Source of the DNA: Macrostomum lignano
Lineage: Eukaryota
Length of the DNA: 64,000 nt
Assembly (NCBI GenBank): GCA_002269645.1
Contig: NIVC01001789.1
Coordinates: forward strand, 173,573 to 237,572
Direction of reading: 5' to 3'
Each line of letters opens with the position of its first letter. Within the stretch, counting starts at the first letter, position 1. Below the pieces are notes generated by a model. That model saw nothing but the letters and a program-made list of their open reading frames with translations. It searched no databases and was not told where the DNA came from. Made by a program: the position numbers and the translations under genes. This document shows positions 22,901 through 37,524 of this stretch, in pieces.

Positions 22901-25900
22901 GTCAGGACGGCGTTTAAATAAGTGTCAGGACGGCGTTTAAATAAGTGTCAGGACGGCGTTTAAATAAGTGTCAGGACGGCGTTTAAATAAGTGTCAGGAC
23001 GGTGTTTAAATAAGTGTCAGGACGGCGTTTAAATAAGTGTCAGGACGGCGCCTGAATCGGTGTCAGGACAGCGCCTGAATGAGGGTCAGGATGGCGCCTG
23101 AATTGGTGTCAGGGCGGCGCCTGAATGGGGGACAGGACGGCGCCTGAATCGGTGTCAGGACGGCGCCTGAATCGGTGTCAGGACGGCGCTTGAATCTGTG
23201 TCAGGACGGCGCCTGAATCGGTGTCCGGAGGCCTTTATCAGTGCGCGCACCTTTCAGCGGCACTGTGTCGCCCGCACTGCCCGCAGCTCCGCCGCAGCCG
23301 TCGTTGTTCTCCTGATCCTCGTCGAAGTCAGGCGCGTCTTTGCTAGGCGCGCCACCGCTGGTGCGCGGCCTGCCAATCAGCAGATCCGGTGGGCAGCAGC
23401 ACAGGAGGCCTCTCAGAGCTTGCATCAGTCAGTTTGTGACTATGAGCAGATGAGCAGTAACACTTTGACAGCTGCCTAGTAGAAGAGAGAGCGCCACTAA
23501 TGAGCTGAGCTGGATTGTTGAGATGGGGAACAGAGGATGCTGGACCCGGGTTAAGCGTAAATATATATATCACTGGGGGGAAGAGTGGGGGCAGCTGTTC
23601 TGGGCCATCCCCACATCTACCTAATCGTGTTTCTGCCCAATAGCCTGCTTCCTGACGCTGCAATGCAGTGTAGGAGGTCCCTAGTCAAGGGGGCCTCAGG
23701 TCTGCCATCTGGAGTGGTAAACAAGCACGGATGCTATCAGGTCTTCAAAAACTTGAGCTTGTCTTTAGAGTCCAATCAACCACTTCACATCCATGAGAGC
23801 TAACCGCCAAAGCGCTGTTAGTGTACATGCCTGATGATTAGAAAGTCAGGACCGCTGTCCACCCTCTGCCTAGTAGTTTGAAGCGTCTGACTCACGACTT
23901 GAAGGTCGGGAGTTCGATTCCCGACCCACTAGGAACAATTTGTGTCATTGAGCAAGACACTCAACTCTGTATTGCTTCAGTTCACCCAGCTGTAAAATGG
24001 GTGCCAGCATTAGCTGGGGTAATTGAGGCTGTGTGTGGCGACCTCCCGCCTATAGGGCGGATGTAATCAATTATTAAATCGATTTTTTTGTATCATCAGC
24101 TTGACGGATTTTGAGAGCGACACACATGGCTAGGAATCATATGTAATTGATTTCAGAAAAACGACTCAATCGATTTTCTTCAAATTTGCACCATTCGATC
24201 ACGTGATGGTATACGCGTCTTGGCTAAGAAATTGCTCAATGCTAAAGGGATTAAATATTCGAAAAACATCTCATTCTAAACACAAGCTGAATGTTTTGAT
24301 GGCGAAGCTTTCAACTCCAGGTTTTGCATATGGATAGATGCCCTTGACTCTCTCGTCCCAAAGTGCGTCCCTGTTCACCTCTTCTCCCCCCCCCCGCTAT
24401 TTCTAAGCCACCTCTGTCCAATTTGTTTAATCTCCGCCCCCAGGTGGCTCACACGCTGATATAGAGTGAGGGAGGGATTATTGTCAGGATTCATTAGATT
24501 ATATTTTGCCAAACAGCATCATCGGTCGGATACGAAGGGGGGGGGGGGGAAGGCTGACTATAGGAAGTGAGCAGTTTATATGGAGGTATGAAACTCTCCG
24601 CTTCCCGCGCACTCATTGATGGAGAGGAGGTTAACTCGTATATGTATGCATTGAATACTCTGATCTCGCTGCGTGCATTATCAACATTAATTAATAGCCT
24701 ACATGTATATTGCCGACTTGAGCCATGATCCTTGATGCACCTGACGCCTCCTTGATCTCCCATGGCGCTTCCTTGATGCACCTGGCGCCTCCTTAATGTA
24801 CTTGGTTCCTTGCTTGATGCACCTGGCGCCCTCCTAGATGCACCTGGCGTCTCCTTGATCTCCCATGGCGCTTCCTTGATGCACCTGGCGCCTCCTTAAT
24901 GTACTTGGTTCCTTGCTTGATGCACCTGGCGCCCTCCTAGATGCACCTGGCGTCTCCTTGATCTCCCATGGCGCTTCCTTGATGCACCTGGCGCCTCCTT
25001 AATGTACTTGGTTCCTTGCTTGATGCACCTGGCGCCCTCCTAGATGCACCTGGCGTCTCCTTGATCTCCCATGGCGCTTCCTTGATGCACCTGGAGCCTC
25101 CTTGGTCTCCGATGGCGCTTCCTTGATCCCCCATGGCGCTTCCTTGATCCCCCATGGCGCTTCCTTGATCTCCCATGGCGCTTTCTTGATCTCCCATGGC
25201 GCTTCCTTGATGCACCCGGCGCCTCCTTAATTCACCCGGTGTTTCATCTTGCGCCTTTCTGATGCACCTTCTTGTGCAGGTATACTTTGTGAATGTACTT
25301 TTATTTCTGGTTTTTCGCGTTCATTTTTGGCCAGCGCCAAATGAATTCGGCCGCGCACGGGATCAACCAAGTTGTCACGTGGCGAGAGAGTCTGGAGCGC
25401 TTACCGCTGCGCTGCTCTGTTCTGTAAATTTCGCCAAAAGCTTCTATCCTTTATCTGTAAGTTAATTTTCCAAAATTATATTTTCCCCCGAACCGTGCAA
25501 ATGAGGCACTGCCTACTGTAAGTAGAAATAACAGCAGTCGGTATTCTTACAAGGATGAAGCATCGGCTCAGCTTCGGCTTCTGTATCCGAGATGTGGTCG
25601 CTTTTCTGCGAGGACTCTTCTCTGTCCGCTCCAGCTGCTGGAACTGGCAGCCGCTGATAAAACCAGGCGCCTGATTTCTTCCACAGCTGAAAAGAGAATA
25701 TTTTTAATGGTGTTTATGTGTACATGACGGAGTGTTTATTTGCTAGAGTGTTTACTAAGCATTTTGGTACTGTTTATTTAAAGCAGGTGCTTTTTTATTT
25801 GATCGGGTGTTTATTTGATAGGGTGTTTATCCAACAAGATGTTTATCTAACGGATGTTAATCCAAGGGGATGTTTATCCAATAGGATGTTTATCAAACAG

Positions 25901-28900
25901 GATGTTTATCCAATAGGATGTTCATCAAATAGGGTGTTTATCTAATAATTTTCCTATCCAACGGAATGTTGGATATTGGAAATATTGGAAACCATTCAGC
26001 ATGTTAATCTAATAGAGTTTATCGGATCAATTTTATGATTAAATGAGAGTTAATTTGATAGGCAGTTTATCTGTACATGTTTCTTTATGTCGATATCCTA
26101 GGATGTTTATTTTATGCAGTGCTTATTCGAAAGGGAGTTTACTTGCTTATGATTAAGTAGCGTCGAAAAAAATGGTTTTTGAAGAATTTTTGAGTTTTGA
26201 TCTGTCGATATACTAAGACGAAGGAAATCAAATTTCTTACCGCAAAAAACCGGATTAAAAGAGTTACCTGAATCTCTTTGTGACAGATTTTGCACTGCCA
26301 ATCGTTTGGCGAGGTCTGAGGTTCGACTCGATCTAAGGAGCGAGATTTCAATCTGCTTGAGTAGTGCAACTGCTCGATTGAGCTCTTGTGTCTGCGATGA
26401 TGACCATGAGGTCTCGTGCCGCACTTTACGCAAGTAGACTGAAAATTTTTGTACAGAAATAGGGGTCTTGCTAAAGCACTATTACTAATGCACAAAACAG
26501 CTCAGACACAAAAGATAACATGCTGTCTGGTCGTTTAAGCAGCCTTTTTAATGTGCTTTTTAATGCATTTTGTGTGAAGTAGGCAAGTCCTCATGGTCTT
26601 GGGTGATGGGGAGAGGGTAGGGGACTAGGGGAGAGGAGACAGGGGAAAGGGAGACAGGGGAGAGGGAGACAGGGAAAGGGAGACAGGGAGAGGGAGACAG
26701 GGAGAGGGAGACAGGGAGAGGGAGACAGGGAGAGGGAGACAGGGAGAGGGAGACAGGGAGAGGGAGACAGGGAGAGGGAGACAGGGAGAGGGAGACAGGG
26801 AGAGTGAGACAGGGGGAGAGGGAGACAGGGAGAGGGAGACAGGGAGAGGGAGACAGGGAGAGTGAGACAGGGGGAGAGGGAGACAGGAGAGGGAGACAGG
26901 GAGAGGGAGACAGGGAGAGGGAGACAGGGAGAGGGAGACAGGGAGAGGGAGACAGGGAGAGGGAGACAGGGAGAGGGAGACAGGGAGAGGGAGACAGGGA
27001 GAGGGAGACAGGGAGAGGGAGACAGGGAGAGGGAGACAGGGAGAGGGAGACGGAGAGGAATACAGGGGGAGAGGGAGACAGGGAGAGTGAGACAGGGGGA
27101 GAGGGAGACAGGAGAGGGAGACAGGGAGAGGGAGACAGGGAGAGGGAGACAGGGAGAGGGAGACAGGGAGAGGGAGACAGGGAGACGAAGACAGGGAGAG
27201 GGAGACGGAGAGGAATACAGGGGGAGAGGGAGACAGGGAGAGTGAGACAGGGGGAGAGGGAGACAGGAGAGGGAGACAGGGAGAGGGAGACAGGGAGAGG
27301 GAGACAGGGAGAGGGAGACAGGGAGAGGGAGACAGGGAGACGAAGACAGGGAGAGGGAGACGGAGAGGAATACAGGGGGAGAGGGAGACCGGGAGAGTGA
27401 GACAGGGGGAGAGGGAGACAGGGAGAGTGAGACAGGGGGAGAGTGAGACAGGGGGAGAGGGAGACAGGGAGAGTGAGACAGGGGGAGAGTGAGACAGGGG
27501 GAGAGTGAGACAGGGGGAGAGTGAGACATGGAGGAGGTATAACGCTTCCCAAAGCGTGTTCTCAAGGCCCTCAAAGTGGCATGACTTTTTGTCGACATCA
27601 GTTTGTCCTTTGATGCTGCCTTCGAGTCGTCATTTAAGCGCTTCGTTGGCGCCCCTCTGGCATGTAAACATTCGCAAAGAAAAGACTCTGCACTCTCTGC
27701 CTCTGCCTGTCTGGAGTGTCTTCTGCGGAGTAATGAACGCACAATTTTGCTAAAAAAAAGCTATTTGAAAGTGCGCAAAGATAAGAAATGTGTCGCTTAG
27801 ATGTGAAAATTGGAAAAAAGGCACACAAAGGCATTTTGTAGCAAATATTTGTTTTCAATACTGCTCTAGCCGAGCTGAGAATGTAGCAACTACCTTATTG
27901 AGCCTTCATATTTGAGTCAGCGTGAATCTGCGACTGCACTTTAGCTTAAGGCATTTTTTTAGGTTCAACCAGGGCAACTGAGATGGTTCGTCTGGGCTCA
28001 GCCTGAAACTGATCAAGCATCCGACTCACCAGACCGCAGACGCAGCACCGCAGTCGGCGGTGAACCTTCGGCAGCAGCCGCATCAGTAGCGAGTCTGACA
28101 CTCGGTCACCGCACAGCAGGCAGCGGCTGTGACCGTCTCCTCGGGCCAGCGACTTCAGCGACTCCAGCTTTGAGATGTAGTGCCTGAGGCGGTGGGATTG
28201 GGGTTCGAGTCTGAGAGACTGACATTATGACAGCCACTATGACCCAAACTATAACCGACACTATAACCGACACTATGACCGACACTATGACCAACACAAT
28301 GACTGACAGTATCACCGTTGCTATATCCAAAACTTTCACCGACACTATGACCGACACTATAATCGACACAATGACCGACACTATGACCGACATTATGATT
28401 GACACTATCACCGACACTTTTACCGACACTATAACCGACACTATGATCGACACAATAACCGACACTATAACCGACACTATCATCGACACTATCACCGAAA
28501 CTATAACCGACACCATGACCGACACAATAACCGACACAATAACCGACACTTTGACTGACACTATGACTGGAAGACTTGATGGCAATAAAGCGCTCAGACA
28601 GACAGTCAGACACTAACACACGAAAGTGTAGGGACTGAGACAGGGCCGTGTCTGTGCGGATCAATACCGACGACGAGGTTTTGCGAATTTTTTAGGCGAC
28701 CAACCCAGGTGGGCCTTGTCTCGTACTATAGATAGACCAGCGCCAACAACTTTTGTTATTTATTATATGCAACTCACCATTAGAGTGGTCAAGCGCCAAT
28801 AGCAAAAACGGTGCCCCATGGCTACGAAGAGGAAAAGGGGAAAGGAAGTGAAAGAAGACAAACGGAGAGGATGGAAGGAGAACAACAAGAAGGAGAAAAT

Positions 28901-31900
28901 AAGCCAAAAAAACTTATCAAGGTGGTCTTTAAGAAAAACTCTTTACTTTTTGTTTAGTGTGTAGCTTTAGACTGAGTTTTTACTAGAGGTCACCGGAAAT
29001 ATTAATCTATAAAGAATAGTAATCGTAAGACATTAAGACTATAAGACTCTAAGACACTGAGTGACTAAGACATTCAAGACACTCACACACTAGGACAAGC
29101 AAACTAGAAGATAGCTAGATGGCAATGGTCATACGACATTGGCTAAATACATATAAGATTATGAGTAATGTTGTAAGCTACGTGGGGTGGATGCCCCGGC
29201 CTCTTCCAGTTCTCTTGAACCGCGGGAAAGCTCAACAGAGAAAAGCAATTTCTCTTCATGGCTTTGAATTGCTTGACAATTTATGGCGACAATGGTCGGT
29301 ACTTTTAAGGCTTTTAGCAGGCTTCGAGCTCGGGCCCATCAGGGGAGTCACAATTTACTCAAACTAGTCAACCGAGCAAATCAATTAGCTTAGAAGGACA
29401 CAATCGCCGTTTTAAGGGGGCGGGATAAAAGCTTTAAGTAATTGACTGATGGACAAATTAGGATTCAGTGACTGCTGGCGCTGGGAAATGAAGAAGAGAG
29501 TAGAGTACTCGTAGATTCCGGCAGAGGCCACGGTTCATTGAGTTGATTCATTGAGAAAATGCTAGCTAAGTAGACTGACTTTGTTGCCAGGGCGACTGTG
29601 AGCGAATAGTTAAAATAAAAAATCTGACAAAATTGAAAACAATGAGTAGTTTATTGACAGGTGAGCAGAACAGACTAGCTAGGGATCAGTGAAGAGTAAG
29701 GAGAGCAGGATAGAAGAGAGGAAAAAGAGAGTGCGTAGAGACAGGGGAGAGAGGGGAGTACTGAGGAGAGGGGAGGAGAGGAGACGAGAGGAGACGATAA
29801 GAGAGGAGTCGAGACGAGAGGAGACGAGAGGAGACGAGAGGAGAGGAGACGAGAGGAGACGAGAGGAGACGAGAGGAGAGGAGTCGAGACGAGAGGAGAC
29901 GAGAGGAGACGAGAGGAGAGGAGTCGAGACGAGAGGAGACGAGAGGAGACGAGAGGAGAGGAGTCGAGACGAGAGGAGACGAGAGGAGACGAGAGGAGAG
30001 GAGACGAGAGGAGACGAGAGGAGACGAGAGGAGAGGAGTCGAGACGAGAGGAGACGAGAGGAGACGAGAGGAGAGGAGACGAGAGGAGACGAGAGGAGAC
30101 GAGAGGAGAGGAGTCGAGACGAGAGGAGACGAGAGGAGACGAGAGGAGACGAGAGGAGAGGAGACGAGAGGAGACGAGAGGAGAGGAGACGAGACGAGAG
30201 GAGACGAGAGGAGACGAGAGGAGAGGAGACGAGAGGAGAGGAGACGAGAGGAGACGAGAGGAGACGAGAGGAGACGAGAGGAGACGAGAGGAGACGATGG
30301 GAGAGGAGACGAGACGAGACGAGAGGAGATGAGAGGAGACGAGAGGAGACGAGAGGAGAGGAGACGAGAGGAGACGAGAGGAGAGGAGTCGAGACGAGAG
30401 GAGACGAGAGGAGACGAGAGGAGACGATGGGAGAGGAGACGAGACGAGACGAGAGGAGATGAGAGGAGACGAGAGGAGAGGAGAGGCGATGAGAACCAAA
30501 AGGGCAGGGAGATTAGTGAGAGATGCAGCAGCCAGGATCCTGGCAACGGCACTGCAGAGCAGCATTGGGCAGCTGAGTAGTGCAAAGGCACAATGCGGCA
30601 GGGGTCGCATATCAGCTGAATCGCGCTAACACTCCGTCACCCCCAAAGCCGCAACAACACTGAAGCCACAGCCACTCTCAAGTCTACAAAGGCACTGTGT
30701 CGGTAGGAACAAAGAATCCACATCGCAGTGTTGCAATCGACTTCTCTCTCACCGAATCCTGTTTCTCTCCATAGCTTGCAGTGCCTCATTGTCCCGCATC
30801 ACCCTGTCCATTAATTGCAACTCCTCGGTTGTAAAAGTCGGTCGATGCTGGTAGATGTTGCACCAGCCCTTGGACAGTCTGAGCAAGGAGGGTGTGTTGA
30901 CATAATTGAGCTCTGTGGATGCCCCAAGTGCTTTCACTGGCCAGGCTGAATTTTCAGGCTAGCCAACTTGATAATAAAATTTCCCACACCTGTTAGACAC
31001 ACTCATACACCTGTTGGACACACTCATACACCTGTTAGACACACTCATACACCTGTTAGACACACTCACACACCTGTTAGACACACTCATACACCTGTTA
31101 GACACACTCACACACCTGTTAGACACACTCATACACCTGTTAGACACACTCATACACCTGTTAGACACACTCATACACCTGTTAGACACACTCATACACC
31201 TGTTGGACACACTCATACACCTGTTAGACACACTCATACACCTGTTAGACACACTCATACACCTGTTAGACACACACACCTTTTAGACAGACACACACAC
31301 CTGTTAGACACATACACCTGTTAGACACATACACCTGTTAGACACACACTCATACACCTGTTAGACACACACTCATACACCTGTTAGACACACACTCATA
31401 CACCTGTTAGACACACTCATACACCTGTTAGACACACTCATACACCTGTTAGACACACACTCACACACATGTTAGACACACTCATTCACCTGTTAGACAC
31501 ACACACCTTTTAGACAGACACACACACACACCTGTTAGACACATACACCTGTTAGACACACTCATTCACCTGTTAGACACACACACCTTTTAGACAGACA
31601 CACACACACACCTGTTAGACACATACACCTGTTAGACACACTCATACACCTGTTAGACACACACTCACACACATGTTAGACACACTCATTCACCTGTTAG
31701 ACACACACACCTTTTAGACAGACACACACACACACCTGTTAGACACATACACCTGTTAGACACATACACCTGTTAGACACACTCGTACACCTGTTAGACA
31801 CACTCATACACCTGTTAGACACACTCATACACCTGTTAGACACACTCATACACCTGTTAGACACACACTTATACACCTGTTAGACACTCACTCATACACC

Positions 31901-33719
31901 TGTTAGACTCACACACCTGTTAGACTCACACACCTGTTAGACACACACACCTGTTAGACACACACACCTGTTAGACACACACTCACACACCTGTTAGACA
32001 CACACAACTGTTAGACAATAAACTTGTTAGACACACACTCGCACACCTGTTAGACACACAACACCTGTTAGACTCACACACCTGTTAGACTCACACACCT
32101 GTTAGACAATACCCTTGTTAGACACACACTCACACACCTGTTAGACACACACTCACACACCTGTTAGACACACTCACACACACACACACACACACCTGTT
32201 AGACGCACACACCTGTTAGACACACTCACAAACATGTTAGACACACACACCTGTTAGACACACACACTCAAAAACCTGTTAGACACACACCTGTTAGACA
32301 CACACAAACCTGTTAGACACACACCTGTTAGACACACACTCACAAACCTGTTAGACATACACAAACCTGTTAGACACACACCTGTTAGACACACACAAAC
32401 CTGTTAGACACACACAAACCTGTTAGACACACACCTGTTAGACACACACTCACAAACCTGTTAGACATACACAAACCTGTTAGACACACACCTGTTAGAC
32501 ACATACAAACCTGTTAGACACATACACATGTTAGACACACACACATGTTGGACACACACAACTGTTAGACACACACAAACCTGTTAGACACGCACCTGCT
32601 AGACACACACACTCACAAACCTGTTAGACAAACACACATGTTAGACACACACAAACCTGTTAGACACACACAAACCTGTTAGACACACACAAACCTGTTA
32701 GACACACACAAACCTGTTAGACACACACAAACCTGTTAGACACACACAAACCTGTTAGACACACACAAACCTGTTAGACAAACACACCTGTTAGACAAAC
32801 ACACCTGTTAGACACACACACTCACAAACCTGTTAGCCAAACACACCTGTTAGACACACACAAACCTGTTAGACACACACAAACCTGTTAGACACACACA
32901 CCTGTTAGACACACACACTCACAAACCTGTTAGACAAACACACCTGTTAGACACACACAAACCTGTTAGACACACACACTCACAAACCTGTTAGACAAAC
33001 ACACCTGTTAGACAAACACACCTGTTAGACACACACACTCACAAACCTGTTAGACAAACACATCTGTTAGACACACACAAACCTGTTAGACCAACACACC
33101 TGTTAGACAAACACACCTGTTAGACAAACACACCTGTTAGACACACACAAACATGCTAAACACACACACACATGTTAGACACACGCCTGTTAGACACACA
33201 CACTCACAAACCTGTTAGACAAACACACCTGTTAGACAAACACACCTGTTAGACGCACACAAACATGCTAAACACACACACATGTTAGACACACACAAAC
33301 ATGTTGGACACACACACCTGTTAGACACACACAAACCTGTTAGACACGCACCTGTTAGACACACACACTCACAAACCTGTTGGACAAACACACCTGTTAG
33401 ACACACACAAACCTGTTAGACACACACAAACCTGTTAGACACACACAAACCTGTTAGACACACACAAACCTGTTAGACACACACACATGTTAGACACAAC
33501 CAAAAATTGTTAGACACACACATGTTAGGCACACACAAGTTAGACACACACACTTGATAGTCACAAGTGACACCCTGAAGACACAAACCCTCATCAATAC
33601 ATCAAGGATACAAACATTCAGCAGGACATTCCAGTAAAACAAATTGAACAGCACAAATCCACTTACTTGGACCTCAGTCGCAGCTGTCTATCAGTCGGAC
33701 AGATCCAGCTGTTCCACAT
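19925..33719 (-). CDS. RPH3A: Rabphilin-3A-like protein (Rab-binding SHD/Zn finger plus tandem C2A and C2B domains)
   Basis: Hand-spliced, phase-consistent exons: 33719-33667 (MWNSWICPTDRQLRLRSK), 30878-30753 (LSKGW...EELQLMDRVM), 28183-28030 (GDGHSRCLLC...CCVC), 26438-26268 (CVKC...WQCKIC), 25686-25551 (LWKKSGAWFY), 21994-21595 (C2A, DANGLSDPYVK), 21060-20934 (SVLDED), 20864-20704 (C2B, AMDPNGYSDPFVK), 20606-20525, 20305-20209 (VWDKDFGSKNDFMG) and 20046-19925 (HERWHAL). Linker exons between 25551 and 21994 (candidates about 23240-23420 and 22570-22680) are unresolved. Confidence 0.93.
21085..21420. repeat. 72-bp tandem repeat in a rabphilin intron
   Basis: GCCACCTCACGCCTTG recurs at 21146, 21218, 21290 and 21361. 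Confidence 0.9.
22185..22470. repeat. 17-bp minisatellite (GATAGAATGGAGTGTGG)n
   Basis: Direct reading. Confidence 0.9.
22882..23225. repeat. 23-bp minisatellite (GGACGGCGTTTAAATAAGTGTCA)n grading into GGACGGCGCCTGAATCGGTGTCA
   Basis: Period 23, with two variant blocks. Confidence 0.92.
23865..24072 (+). mobile_element. tRNA-derived CORE-like SINE, internally deleted copy
   Basis: B-box GAGTTCGATTCC and the same CORE-like block as 6883. The body jumps to the 3' GTAATCAATT end. Confidence 0.85.
24728..25262. repeat. Higher-order repeat: 103-bp units built from ~20-bp TTGATGCACCTGGCGCC subunits
   Basis: GCTTCCTTGATGCAC recurs at 24767, 24870, 24973 and 25076. Confidence 0.9.
25735..25945. 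repeat. Degenerate ~20-bp repeat with AGGATGTTTATC core
   Basis: Direct reading; the copies are diverged. Confidence 0.75.
26625..27528. repeat. 14-bp minisatellite (GGGAGAGGGAGACA)n
   Basis: Intronic array in rabphilin. Confidence 0.96.
28225..28570. repeat. 12-bp minisatellite (GACACTATAACC)n
   Basis: Intronic array immediately upstream of the Zn-finger exon acceptor. Confidence 0.92.
29765..30490. repeat. 10-bp minisatellite (GAGACGAGAG)n
   Basis: Intronic array. Confidence 0.95.
30985..33555. repeat. Minisatellite with CACCTGTTAGACACA core and variable CA-rich spacer
   Basis: Fills most of the first coding intron of rabphilin. Confidence 0.96.
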
Positions 33720-34192
33720 ATTGATCCACTATTGAGTTCGTAGTAATAATGATGACAGTGAATTACCAGTCCTAGCCGAGATAGCTTTCTAGGAAATATA
33801 CTTGAGCAGATAAAACTGGTATAGCTAGTCTCGGCTAGTGAGGAACAGGTTACCGAAGCCAGTGCGCATGAGAATTTTATGCAGCACGATTTTGCAATAT
33901 TTCCACTCGGTGCGGGTTTTTATTGCCAATCAGAGTCACCGCGCACTGATTTCTCTGAATATTCATACCTATGGCTAGCGATAAGATTTGGACTCCGCAT
34001 TCTCTCTCTCACTGCTGATATCCCAGCCAAGGCTGTACAATATTCCCAACAATCAAAGCGTCTGATATGGCAACATTGGTTAGCTGGAGATATTCTCATA
34101 TCTTGCCTTCTTATCGACAAGTTACCAGGCTTTCCGCTCCCGTTAGGGAACTGCGGGACACCAGTGAGACAGGGGAGGGACGAGGGACTAAG

Positions 34193-35435
<1,243 letters not shown>

Positions 35436-35735
35436 GCAAATGGCCTGGCTAATAATGACTATCAAAAGCAATTTGCTAATTTATTTGACGATGACTTTCA
35501 AAAGCCTTTTGTACGGTTGAGTTCAATTGACTGAGGCGATATTTGCCTCACTTAAAATTTTCAATTCAACAGGGATGGGGGCGCCACACAGTAACCATTG
35601 GCTGCTGGGGATGGAGGAGGGTCGAGCTGCAACGGGATAAAGGGATTCGGAGCTGAATGCCTCAGAGATCTGCGCTGTCTCAGCACGACACGTTGCCTCT
35701 CAGGTAAGTTTATTCTCCCATTTATAATATAAACT

Positions 35736-36360
<625 letters not shown>

Positions 36361-36454
36361 ATATCTATTTGAATCCACTTTAACATTAGATAGCAGAGCA
36401 GCCAATTCAGACCGTTTCAACTCAGCTGCTAGCCACTGAAGTACAAAGGCAACG

Positions 36455-37297
36455 ATGAACTTTCTGTGGGGCCTGCTGGCCGCGGTGCTGATTGCGTTCT
36501 TCAGCGCGCCGTCGCTTGCGCAAGAAGATACAGGTGACACTTTTTATTACCCACATGAATTGTTTGGTACTCGGTTTTAGTTTTTTGTTTTTTGTTTATG
36601 CTTAGGGATGGGGTTAGGGTTATTGCTTTGCTTTCCTTAGTCGCAGTCGCTGTCTGTAGTGCAGCCAAATGTCAACAGCTATGGAACTTTTTCTTTGACA
36701 GATAGCGACGTCGTACAAACGCGTTTGCTAAGAGACTTTGACACGTTGGATAAGCGCGGCTACGCCAGATTCGGGAAGCGCGGCTACGCCAGATTCGGGA
36801 AGCGCGGCTACGCCAGATTCGGGAAGCGCGGCTACGTCAGATTCGGGAAGCGCGGCTACGCCAGATTCGGGAAGCGCGGCTACGCCAGATTCGGGAAGCG
36901 CGGCTACGCCAGATTCGGGAAGCGCGGCTACGCCAGATTCGGGAAGCGCGGCTACGCCAGATTCGGGAAGCGCGGCTACGCCAGATTCGGGAAGCGCGGC
37001 TACGCCAGATTCGGGAAGCGCGGCTACGTCAGATTCGGGAAGCGCGGCTACGCCAGATTCGGGAAGCGCGGCTACGCCAGATTCGGGAAGCGCGGCTACG
37101 CCAGATTCGGGAAGCGCGGCTACGCCAGATTCGGGAAGCGTGGCTACGCCAGATTCGGGAAGCGCGGCTACACCACATTCGGGAAGCGCGGCTACGCCAG
37201 ATTCGGGAAGCGCGGCTACGCCAGATTCGGGAAGCGCGGCTACGCCAGATTCGGAAAACGATCAGCTATTGTTCAGGAAGAGCCTTCTATGTACTAA
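36455..37297 (+). CDS. FMRFamide-like neuropeptide precursor (18x GYARFamide, 2x GYVRFamide, 1x GYTTFamide)
   Basis: Exon 36455-36533 encodes the signal peptide MNFLWGLLAAVLIAFFSAPSLA-QEDT (donor ACAG|GTGAC, phase 1). Exon 36702-37297 (acceptor TTTGACAG) encodes an acidic spacer, KR, 21 x GYxxF-G-KR (36758-37261) and SAIVQEEPSMY-stop. Gly-Lys-Arg is the canonical amidation/convertase signal. Confidence 0.95.
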
Positions 37298-37524
37298 ATT
37301 ACAAACGAAGGAGTCTTCAAGTAGCTGAAGTGCAGCTGAACTTAGAAGACGTTCTGTTTGTCACAATTTCGGTGTTATCAGACGGTTGAAAGTTCAGTAC
37401 GCCTGACAACTGGAAAAAGTTCTAAAACTGTAGCAAATATACTAATATGGGATGGTTTGCGCAACTAAAGTCCTTATCACGGCTAATTTGAGGTGTTGTA
37501 TGTCATTTCAGCTAAAAATAGCTG

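Noticed and set aside
27540-27745. Possible extra rabphilin exon
   Set aside because: The flanking exons 28030 and 26438 already join in phase 0 to give the complete Zn finger, and this segment shows no homology.
28106-28664. Mucin-like or hydrophobic ORFs (TDTM/VIVS repeats)
   Set aside because: Translations of an intronic 12-bp array.
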